64,000 bases of DNA, taken from Blastocladiella emersonii ATCC 22665 (lineage: Eukaryota; Fungi; Blastocladiomycota). The position numbers were made by a program, and so were the translations under genes. The DNA lies in the NCBI GenBank assembly GCA_025594325.1, contig JANHCV010000002.1, forward strand, positions 124,001 through 188,000. The letters are read 5' to 3'. Below are positions 1 to 10,356 of the stretch, in pieces. Below the pieces are notes generated by a model, which was not told the DNA's origin, did no database searches, and saw only the letters and a list, made by a program, of their open reading frames with translations. Position 1 is the stretch's first letter; each line of letters begins with the position of its first letter.

Positions 1-10
1 CAACTACGCC

Positions 11-3000
11 ATGCCGACGCACCACCACCAGCCTCCCGCCGCGGCGCCCGCACCGGCATCGATGCCCGTCCCCGCTTCCGCGCGCCCGACGACGGGCGGT
101 GCTCGGCTCGCGGGCGCGCGCCCCGCACGTACCGCACCGCCGGCCGTCAACACGACGCGTGCGGCGGACGCGAGCGACCTCGAGATCGGCGCGCTCGACT
201 GGGACTGCGAGCAGACGCTGGCGCTCGGGTCGGCCGCGAGCACGATGCTGCGCCCGGGGATCCGCGTGTCGCACTCGCCGGTCCCGCGGAGCCCCGTCAT
301 CGTATCCCCGCCGAGCCCCGGCGGCATCGGCGCCGCCGCGGCCAACGGGTCGGCGGGCCAGTCGCTCAGCTCCCTGTACGACAACCTGGTCCACGAGGCG
401 GACGTGGTTTTGAGCCGGCGGCCGAGCCACACGGGCGCGGGCATCGGTGTTGGCGATCCGGGGAACGACGAGACGCCGCTGCCGTCGATGCCGGCGTCGC
501 GCAAAGGGAGCACGAGCGTCACGGCGCAGCTCGTGGTCGAGCTGCCGTCGCTCACCAATCTGTTCCGGCACCTCGACCTCGACCTCGACGACGACCCGAG
601 CCCGCCGCCGCCGCCGTCCGCCAGCAGCCCGGCGTCGGGCGGATCGCCGAACCCGGGCGGCGCCGCGGCGGGTGGGCGCAGGCAGTACGCGGGCCTGTCG
701 CGGTTCGCCGAACCATCGACATCCCCCAAACAGCTGTCGCCCGGCTCCTCGTCGCCCGGGTCGCCCGCCGGCAGGCAGCACCGCAGCGGCAGCTCGCCGA
801 GCGTGCACGGCCCGCGCCTCGCGATCGGTCCCTCGGCGATGGCGTCCGTCGGCCAGCAGCACCGCGCCGCGGCCCGGCTCCGCGGCATGTCGCTCCCGCA
901 GAACTCGCTCAACCCGACGGCGCAGATCCTCGAGGCCGCGGGACCTGCGGCGCGCGCGGCCGCGATGGGCGTCATCCACTCAGCGTCCAACCTCGAGAGC
1001 GTGCCCATGTCGCCCGAGGTCGAGGCGGACGAGCCCGAGCTCGTCGCGGCGGCTCCCGCCAAGCCGGCGGCAACGGTCGCGGCCGTCCCGGCGCCCCCGG
1101 TTGCTGCAAAACCTGTCGAGGCGGCGGCGGCCAAGAAGCAGCCCGCGCCCGCGCCGAAACCCGCACCGGCGCCCGTCATCCCTACCAAGGTCACCGTGAA
1201 CCCGACGCCGGCCCCGCGCGCGCCCGCGAGCGACACTTCATCCTCATACTCGCCCGCGTCCGCCACGTCCTCCTTCTCCCCAAGCGCCGCGTCCTCGTCG
1301 AGCCCGAGCACCTCGAGCCCGCAATCCACCGTCTCGCCCGCGACGGCGCAGGGGTTCACGGGGCGGCAGACGCTCGTGTTCGAGGACATGCGGCTCGACG
1401 ACCTGGTCGAGGTGCAGGCGCTCGCCGAGCAGCTCGACGCGCTGTGGAACAGCGACGACGCGACCTCGGCCAACGCGTTCCGCCTCTCGACGCTGTTCCG
1501 GCCCACGGTCGTCGCTGACGAGTCGTCGTCGTCGCCCGCGGGGACGCCGCCGCCGTCGATGCCGCTGTTGCCCGACCCGCTCGCGATCCCCGCGACGCCG
1601 CCGCAGAAGCCTGTCATCGAGGCCGCCGCGCCCGTGGCGGCAGTCAAGCAGCCGGACGCGTCCGCGGCGGCGGCCATGGCGCGCACGGGGTCCGTGAGCC
1701 TCGGCAAGTCGGCGGCCGAGAAAGCCGAGCTGATGCGCCGCGCCGAGGAGAAGCGGGCGGCGGAACGCGCGGCGGCGGCCGTGGCCGAGACGCCCGGGAT
1801 CGCGACGGACCCGCGCGTGACGCGGGCACTGGCCCGGCTCGCCGCCGCGCAGGTCCAAAAAGTCGCGGTGCGCGTTTACATCCACGACGCGGCCATGTTC
1901 AAGACGGTCGAGGTGACGTCGGTCATGTCAGCGGGCGTGGTGGCCGAGGCGGTAGTGGAGCGCGCGATGCTCGACAACCGGCACGGGCAGTGGACGCTGT
2001 TCGAGCTGTTCCACGACATTGGCGTGGAGCGGCCGCTGCGCGACTGGGAGCGCGTCACCGAGGTGCTGCGGACGTGGGAGCGCGACACGCGCAACGTGCT
2101 GCTGATCCGCCGGTACGGGTACCGCGACAGCTTGACGCTCGACGCCCTCAAGGTCTTCTACCCGGTGCTCCGCGACTGGATCCACTACGAGACCAAGCCG
2201 GGCACGTTCAAGAAGCGGCTGTTTGAGCTCCGCACGGGCGCGCCCAGCGAGCCCGGCGTCCGGACCAGCCGCGACGCCGCCGCGGCCGCCGGCCTGTACA
2301 TGGCCACGGGCGAGGATAAGCAGTTTGTCCTCTTGTGCAATCTCACGCACTACGATGTACGTTTTCGCGTCGCTGCTGCTCATCGTGACACCTGCTGACC
2401 CCCGTCCTCGCGATAGGTGTACACGCCGATCGGCAACCCGAAGAAAAAGGCGCCGACCAAGTTCAGCTTCTCGCTCAAGTCGCAGCAGCGCATGTCCACG
2501 TTCGAGGACGCGAACGACGGCTTCGTGTTCCACTTCTACGCGCCGACCATGGAGAAGATGAAGGAGTGGGTCCTTGCTTTGCGCAACGCCCGCGCCCACC
2601 TCGACCGTATCCTCCGCCCCGAGTGGCTGATCCCGCCCGAGCAGGCCCTCCTCGGCGCAGAGTTCCCCGTCGCGCCCGAGTCCGCCGCGGCCACGGCGGC
2701 CGCGGCCGCGGCAGCAGCAGCAGCAGGGCCGCAGAAACCGCTCCTCGACTTCAACCTCCCGACCCAGCCGCTGCTCGTGCCGTCGGCCAGCGGGACCGCG
2801 TCGACGTTCGCGTCGCTCGCGCGCAAGCTCTCGGAAAAGGATCTGCCGGCGACCCCGCCGCTCGCCGCGGCCGACGACACCGCGAAGCCCCGCAGCGGCG
2901 AGATGTCGCGGTCCGGCTCGATGCCGCTCGGGCCGGGCGAGACGCTCATGGACAAGATTGACCACGCGCGATCGATGCCGTCGCTCATGTCCATTCTGCA

Positions 3001-3103
3001 CCGCAGTAAGCACCACCATGGGACGAGCCAGCGGCAGCAGTCCGGGTCAACGCTCGTGTCTATGATCCCCGGCGGGACAACGGCTCGGCAAGCTGGACCA
3101 TGA
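11..3103 (+). CDS. Ras-association (RA) + PH domain adaptor (MRL/Grb7-like architecture) with long disordered N-terminus
   Basis: ORF 11..2398 joins 2417..3103 through a 60-nt GT-AG intron (2357-2416), giving ...HYD|VYTP.... RA-like segment KVAVRVYIHDAAMFKTVEV...WTLFELFHDIGVERPLRDWE; PH-like segment ending FHFYAPTMEKMKEWVLALRNAR. Confidence 0.7.
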
Positions 3104-3142
3104 CGTAGCGGGGGAAAATAGAGGCATATATGTAGTCATCAT

Positions 3143-4392
3143 CTAGGTGGGCACGCGCACCGTGGTCTCGGCCGTGTACTCGGCCGGCTTCCACTTGAGC
3201 AGGCCCATATACCGCAGCGTCTGCAGCGTCTGGTCGAGGTCGCTCGGCAGCCCCGTGAGCGTGCCGAAGAAGAGCAGCCGCGCGTCGGGTTCCGTGAACG
3301 ACTGCTTGAGGATGCGCGTGATGGTGGATCCGCGGTACGGGATCGGCCGCTTGCGCGCCTTGCCCTCGGAAAGGGAGGAGATGCAGTCCTTGAGCGTGGC
3401 CAGCGACGTGTTGATGGTGGCCGCTTCCTTGGTCTGCTCGGGCGTGTGGTTGAACTGGTCGTGCCGGTTTTCGTTGCCCGCGAGGTCGACGATCTGGATC
3501 GTCTGCAGCGGCGGCGCGTCGCGAGCGTCGGTGTCGCGGGAGTAGAGGCGGAACCGCAGCACGAGGTGCGACCGCGACGACGTCGTGTTGCGTTTCGTCG
3601 CCACGGTGCGGCGCGCGGCGAGGACCCGGGCGACGGCTGCCAGCGCGCCCTCGGGCGTGGTCAGCTCGGCCTCAACGGCGCCCAGGATCTGCACGACGCC
3701 GTGCGCGTCCTCGGTGAACTTGACCACGGCGCCGCCCTGCTGCAGGTCGAGGATCGCGTGGGTCGAGACGATGAACCCCTTGGTGCCCGTGACGACCTCG
3801 ACGGCGGTCAGCGTCACGCGGTGCGCGGAGTGCGCGGGCAGCAGCGACGTGCACACAAGCTCGCACAGGCCCGACGACGTGTGCGACTTGCCCGTGCCCG
3901 TCTTGCCGTACATGAGCACGGTCGTGTCGACGAATGGGCCGTGCTTGCTCGTCGGGAACATGTCCGGCCACCGCTCCATGACTGCGGCCTGCACGTCGCC
4001 GTTCGTCGCTGACTGAACGCGTCACACATGGTCAGTGCGAGTCAATGATGCTTCACACAGGCAATGCGTACCTGATCAAAAACGCGGTCGAAGCGGAACG
4101 CCGAGTGCGTCATGACGAGGTAGCCGAGCTTGAGCGCGCCGTTGTGCACGACCACGGACCCGTCGCCGGCGCACGTCACGCTGTCGTACTCTTCGTCGGG
4201 GTCCGTGTCGAGCCGCGGGCGCACGCGGGCGCAGACGAAGATGCGTCCGCCGGAGGGGTCACGCAGCGGTTTGCCGGCCCACGCGCGAGGGACCGGCGCA
4301 GCGGCGCGGAAGGCGGCGATGGCGCGCACGAACGGCAGGCTGTTGGCCTTACGCACGGTGCGCTTGTTGGCGGACGCGTGGATGTTTGTCAT
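3143..4392 (-). CDS. Kinesin motor-domain protein (motor only, about 400 aa)
   Basis: Exon 1 has RIFVCARVRP and FRFDRVF; 59-nt intron 4013-4071; exon 2 has P-loop YGKTGTGKSHT, switch I NTTSSRSH, switch II DLAGNE, INTSLATLKDCI and IPYRGSTITRILKQSF. Confidence 0.9.
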
Positions 4393-4776
4393 TGCAGGTA
4401 GTCGGTGGGACCAAAGAGGGAGTGTCGCTTCATGGTGGATGGCTTTATACGTCGGACGGGGCGAGGACCCGGCGGCGGCGGGGGCGACGCGTCATCCAAC
4501 TCCTATGGTTCATCCGTAGCCAGGTTCATCCGGCGGACGACCTGGATTTGATGACAAACTGCCTGGCGATCTCCGTGTGCCGACGGGTGCCGGCGAGGGT
4601 TCGGTGGGAGCGGCGCTGCGCCTGGCGCTGCGCCACCCGAAACGCGCCGCGTCGCGCTGCCTGGGCGTGGCGTCGTGTGCGGTGCGAGACCCAGTGCGAG
4701 ACAGATCTCTTCTCGCCGACTTCCACCTCTGCTCCGCTCGGATCATGAAGCAACTCCATGCAACACACATGCAGCC

Positions 4777-7178
4777 ATGACGCGATCCACTCCCGCCGCA
4801 GCAGGCGCGGCCGTCCCGCAGTCGTCGTTCCGCGTGTTTGACGCCAAGCCGCGGTCACCGTCCAAACCCGCCGCCAACGCGCCGCCTCCGCCACCGGCGG
4901 CTTCCGGGGCCGCATCGCCCGCGCGCGGGGCGTCGGTCGTCGCAGGGATGGCAGGCGCTGCAGTCGCCGTGCCGAGCGGGCCGCTGACCCTGCTGCAGCG
5001 CAACGCGCTTCGGACACTGAGTGCGGCCTTCCCTTCCCACCACCATCGCAGACCCAGAACTGACCGCTCAGCCGGGTAGGCCAGCCCCTGACACCGATAC
5101 CAGCGCTCCCCGACCCTGACCACCACCGCGCGCCCGCCGCCGCCGCCGACCCGAGCACCGCTGCGCAGCCCGCGCATCGGCGGGACAAGGTGTCGACGGC
5201 CGAGGCCGAGTACGTCCTCGATGCGCTCGACCGGTACCGCGGCACGCAGCGCGACGGCAAGATCCGCGTGCTCCGCGACCTCGTCGTCGCCCAGCGCAAG
5301 ATGCTCGACCTCCAGGCCGAGCGCGCCGACCGTAAGCGCCGCGAGCGCGAGATGGCCGAGGCCAGGCAACGTGCCGAGCGGATGCATCGGGTACGATATA
5401 TGGAGAAGCTGGATTGGTGAAGTGGGCTGACTTGTAAGTGTGGCGTGTAGGCGCTCAGCCGGCTGACTTACGTCCCCGTCCCGCCTGGCCACCACGCAGT
5501 CGCTCATGCCGCGGAAAAGGAGACGCCGAAGCGGACCGCCAAGCCGGCGCTCACGCCGTCGACGGCGCCGGTTGCGACGCCCGTATCTGACCCTACCGCG
5601 TCGCCTCGTCGGGACTCGACCGAGCGCGTCGAGCCCGCAGCACCGGCTCCGACGACCGCCGAACACTTGCCTGCGCGCCATCCTGCAGCACCGCCCAAAA
5701 CGCCGCCGAAACGGCGAAGCACCGCCGAGTCTCGCGCGGCCGCAAGCCATCCCACGACCCCGACCGCTTCCTCCTCCGACCAGCACCATCACCACAACCA
5801 TCACCCCCGCCATCCGCACCCACACCCGCACCACCGCACCAGCGTCGCGAGCAGCACCAGCACCTCGCCTCGCCGGACCAGTGGCGCCGCGACCCCGCTC
5901 ACCACCAACCGCCGCCGCAGCTCCATGACCGCGGGTGCCGCAGCTGCGCTCCTCGAGGAGGGCGTGTGGACGCACGACGCGATCCTGGCCGCGCTGCACG
6001 ACATTGGCGAAAAGTACCGGTCCGCGACCGACGCCGACGCCAACTCGTTCTACCGCGAGGTGCTCGACCTGCAGGCACGGTACGCCGCGTCGACGGCCGC
6101 GGTGGGGACCAAAGCCGCCAGCGCCTCGGGGATCGCGTGCCTCCTTGTCCCCGAGGGCGGGTTCCACGAGGCCGGGCTCGCGTCGGTCCCGCCCGCGGCG
6201 CGCGCGGCGGCCGCGGCTGCTGCGGGTGGGGGAGTGGCGGACGCGGACGGGCAGCCGTGGCGCGATAACCGGACGCGCCCGACGGCCGTCACGGCGGCGG
6301 TCGTGTCGACGGCGACCCTCGCGCGCCGGCGCACCGTCCACGCGAGTATGGTCGCGGCTGCACGCAACCACCGCGATACTACGGCACTCCTCGACGTCCC
6401 ACTCGCAGCGCTTCCACCGCACGCGCCGCCGGCGGTCGCGGAGTCGCCCGCGACACCCGCCGTTGTGACGCTCGCGGTCCCCACCCCACAACCACCACCG
6501 CGCACCCGCTCTCGCTCGCGCCGCGGCGCGAAACAAGTCCCCGCAGACCCGACCTCGCTCGACAGCTGGCTCGCTCTCCTCCCATCCTCCTCCTCCCCGC
6601 CCCCGCGCGCGCCCATCGCCGCCACCCCGCCCGCGTCGCCGCCGCCCGCGACACCCGACCCGTCGTCCGCGTGGAACCAGTGGACGCCGGACCGGCACCG
6701 CGCGCGGCGCCTGCACCTGCGGTACGCGCCGGACCCGAGTCTCGCGCTGCCGTCGAGCGTCGCGCTGCCGGGCCACGGGACCGCCCCGTGGGAGCCGCTC
6801 AGCTGGGCCGCCATGGCTGCGGGCGCTGCGGCCGGAGTGCCCGCGGTCGCCGCGAGCGGGGTTGTGCGGTACGCCAACGTCCCTGCGCGCATGCTCCAGA
6901 AGGCACTGCCGCAGCTCGAGGCGGCGCCCCTGGGCGACGGGGTTGATGCGGACAAGGAGGCCGCGGCGGCCGTCGCGCGGCGTGTCTGGGACGCGGGACT
7001 GCTGGCGAGCGGCGACGAGGAGGCGGCCGCGTCGACTCGGACGACGTCGGCCAGCCAGTCCGCCGCAGACTCGCTCGACGTGTCGCTCAATGTGTCGCAG
7101 GGCACCGACCGCGGCGCGAGCTCGGGGCCCGTCGGGTACGTCCAGTCGGGCGACGACAATGGCGAGGGATTGTGCTGA
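4777..7178 (+). CDS. Hypothetical protein with a coiled-coil segment and Pro/Ala/His-rich linkers
   Basis: Two GT-AG introns (about 5021-5078 and 5391-5450) join ORF pieces 4777.., 5190..5420 and 5667..7178 in frame. Coiled coil LDLQAERADRKRREREMAEARQRAERMHR. No family recognised. Confidence 0.6.
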
Positions 7179-7201
7179 TCTGTATACAATAAACCCATTC
7201 A

Positions 7202-9337
7202 TCACAAAAACGGGTACAGCCAGTCTTTGGGCAGCGGCGGGAACAGCCTCGGCGGCGGCGGGTACCACGTCTCGACCTCGATCTCCTCCCTTGTCGCGCG
7301 CGTCCACTTGACGGTCGTCGCGACGTGCACCACCTGCATGTCGGGCGGCAACTTCTGCACCGCGGCGGGCACGGTCGCCACGTTGCGGTACCGCCCGCGC
7401 GTGACGCGCGCGCCGACGATCACGCTCTGCGGCGCGCGCGCGCTGCCCGTGTCGGTCCACACAAAGTCGAGCTCGACGGCCGTCGGGATCATGCACGCGG
7501 TGCCCGCGACCGCGGCGGCGGCCGAGGACGCGGACGCGGGCGCGCCGATCGCCGCGGACGTGTCGTTGAACACGGGCACCCACTGCCCCGCGTCCGCCGC
7601 CGTCGGGTACCCCGCGACCGACGCGTTGCCGAACTCGGCGACGTGCGAGAGCGGCCAGATCCCGGCCCACTGCTGCAGTGCGAGGCACGCCGCGGGCGAG
7701 GGCGGGGAGGTGGGCCACGGGAGTGTGCATGAGACGGACGACTCGACGCCGAACCGGATCGGGACGAGGCCCGACGCGTCGGACGCGAGCAGGGCGAGGA
7801 ACAGGTCGTCGCTGCTGGCGACCGGGGCGAGGGCGTCGAACGCGCGGAAGGGGCTCGCCGAGTACCAGGCCGGAACGGCGGTCTGGCACTCGCCGGTCTG
7901 CGGGTGCGGCGACGCGAGGTACGCGGGGCCCGCGGCCGCGGAAGGGTTGGTGGTGTTGCGCAGGAATGTGACGGGCCGGCCGGGCTGGTACCCTGGGCTC
8001 CCCGAGCGGACGGCGAGCTTGGACTACACGTGCGGGGTGTCGGGTGAGCGTGAGGGCGGGAGGAGAGGTCGAGTCCAGGCGTACCGAGGCCGGCAGGGAG
8101 TCCTCGAGGTACCGCACGCCAAACTGCTGCTGGAACACCGGGCTCGACCCGGGCGTGTCAATGGGGTCGGCCGTCCACGTTGCGAACGACCAGTCGACCG
8201 TGACCTGGGTGATGCGGAACGTCGCGTCGGATCCAGCCGACGTGTTGGTGTACCCGACGGTCCAGAGCACACTCGTCACGACGTTGTTGCACGTCAGACC
8301 ATCGCTCGACAGCGCCGGCGTAACGAGCCCCGGCGAGCAGCTGGTCCCGCCGTTGCACAGCCACGGCTTGTTGACGGTGGCGGTGATGGCCGAGGCCGAG
8401 TCAGCGGGGACGCTGGCGACGATCTGGCCGAGGTAGTTTGCGATGTGCAGCGGCGAGTTGGCGCGACACAGCGACGCGAGCGAGGTCACGTCGCGCGTGC
8501 AGTTGGACGTGCTCGAGTGCAGGAACCGCGTTGGCGACGCGTCGGCGCACGACGTCGAGAATGTGTCGGCGTCGAGGGACGAGAGCGCGCCCGAGACGAG
8601 GAACTGGTCGCGCGAGGCGGGGTTGGTCGAGGTGACGAGTGACTGTAGCTCCATGCCGGGCTACGCGAGGCGATCGTGGTAAGTGCAGGAGTCAGGACCG
8701 TGGTCGAGATCGATTAGCGTACAGAGTAGCCCTTGGCAGCGGGAAGGTTCAAGTCGGGCGATCCACCGAGCAAAAGTTCCGGTCGCGGCGGACCCAGCAC
8801 GAGCGCGAGGTTGGCCGCGTCCTGGAGCACGGTCGGTGGGGTCGTGTAGTAGTCGCCGAGCGACGGATCTACGGCCAGCGCGTCGCGTGAGCTTCACGCC
8901 GAGAATGACACAGCGAAACCAGCCGTACTGTTGTCGTGCAACGTGCACACGGTCGTCCCGTTATCCTGTGTGAACACGGACGCGGCGACCGAGCCGTGGA
9001 CCGAGACGAGGTTGCCGACACACCGCTGTTCGGTGCCATCGAGCCACCGCGCCTCGGCGCGCGCGCGGTCGGCGAGGGCCATGGAGGCGCACCCACCCTT
9101 GAGGCGGGCGGCCGGATGGCAGTCCGGGTCGCAGCAGCATGACGGGTCGCACGCTGACGACAGGTCGCAGTCGCATGGCGTGAAGGCGGGCGACGAGAGG
9201 CGGGTCACGTCGACGGTGGACGTGTCGGCAGCTGCCGCGGGCGCGGCTCTCACGGCTAGAAAAGTCGCAAGGACGGCGAGCGCAAGGGGCCATCGCGCCC
9301 GCCACGGCCGTCGCGAGGGGCATTCGGATAGTTTCAT
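7202..9337 (-). CDS. TCTN: Tectonic-family ciliary transition-zone protein
   Basis: Signal peptide; Cys signature CDCDLSSACDPSCCCDPDC; internal RSGSPGYQPGRP (tectonic RSGNPGY-type motif); C-terminal PPPPRLFPPLPKDWLYPFL. Three GT-AG introns (near 8870-8927, 8660-8722, 8035-8095) restore one frame. Confidence 0.85.
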
Positions 9338-9646
9338 GGAGTAGGCACGGCTGTCAAGAGAGGCTACATAAGACGCTGAGGGACAACTGTCTCCGGCGAC
9401 CTGGGAAACACGAGGCAACGACGCGTCGCGAAAAGGCGTGAGGTGACGTCACCCGCAAGCGATCGGCGCCCCGCCGCCACCATCGCCAAACCCGCTCCGC
9501 GCTGCTCCTTCTCCCGTCGCTGAACAGCAAACGTAGACCCTGAGAGCCCGAACGCACCCGCCGGACCCGGTGCAACACGGCCTCGACGACGACGCGATCC
9601 CCTGCGAGGACCCTGCGGCCATCCATCACCGACCCATCAGCCCACC

Positions 9647-10102
9647 ATGAAGTCCGCTCTCAGCAACACGTCCGCGCTGGTCTCGGCCGCGCTGTGCCTC
9701 GCCATCTGGATTGCCACGGGGCTCGTCTTCGCCAACATCCTGTGGGTGACCACGTCCATCCCCAAGTTCGGCGCGGGCATGCTGACCGTCGTGTTCGGCC
9801 TGCTGTCGGCGCTCATGGCCTACGTGTGCGTCGCCACCGTCGCCAAGGCCAAGTCGGCCGCCCTGCTGTCGGGCTACCTCGGCGTCTTTGCGCTCTCGGC
9901 GCTCCCCGTGCCCGCCATCCGCTACGGCACCTCGCTGCTCAAGATGCAGGGCGCTGCCGCCGTGCCTGTCGTCCTGGTCTTCGACGTGATCTTCATCGCC
10001 GCCCTCGCCACCCTCGGCCGCTCCGCCATCGCCAAGGCCGAGGCCGAGCGCGCCATCGCCAACAACGACGTGCAGCTGAAGCCCATGTCGTCGGGCGTCT
10101 GA
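9647..10102 (+). CDS. Small membrane protein with about 4 TM helices (151 aa)
   Basis: CCACC-ATG start, strong C/G third-position bias, four hydrophobic stretches. Confidence 0.75.
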   Translation: MKSALSNTSALVSAALCLAIWIATGLVFANILWVTTSIPKFGAGMLTVVFGLLSALMAYVCVATVAKAKSAALLSGYLGVFALSALPVPAIRYGTSLLKMQGAAAVPVVLVFDVIFIAALATLGRSAIAKAEAERAIANNDVQLKPMSSGV

Positions 10103-10356
10103 GCCCTCCCGCTCTCCCGTTCATGTACTCTTCACATCCACAGTCACCCAGTTTCACGCATACATAGACCTCGTTCCTAGACGACGACCTCGCGACTCGG
10201 AGATCTTCTTCGTGGTGCTGCCGCCACGCGCCGCGGCTGATCCGGCCTTGGGAGGCGCGCCCGCGACCATCTCCCACTTCCTCCACGCGTGTACCGCTGA
10301 TTCGGGGCGGATACCGTCTTCCTGCTCCGGTTACCTATGTCTAGCTACCCCTCGCC

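Noticed and set aside
4743-8654. A single 1303-aa protein
   Set aside because: Only its first roughly 185 codons are a real tectonic exon; the rest is out-of-frame read-through past an intron.
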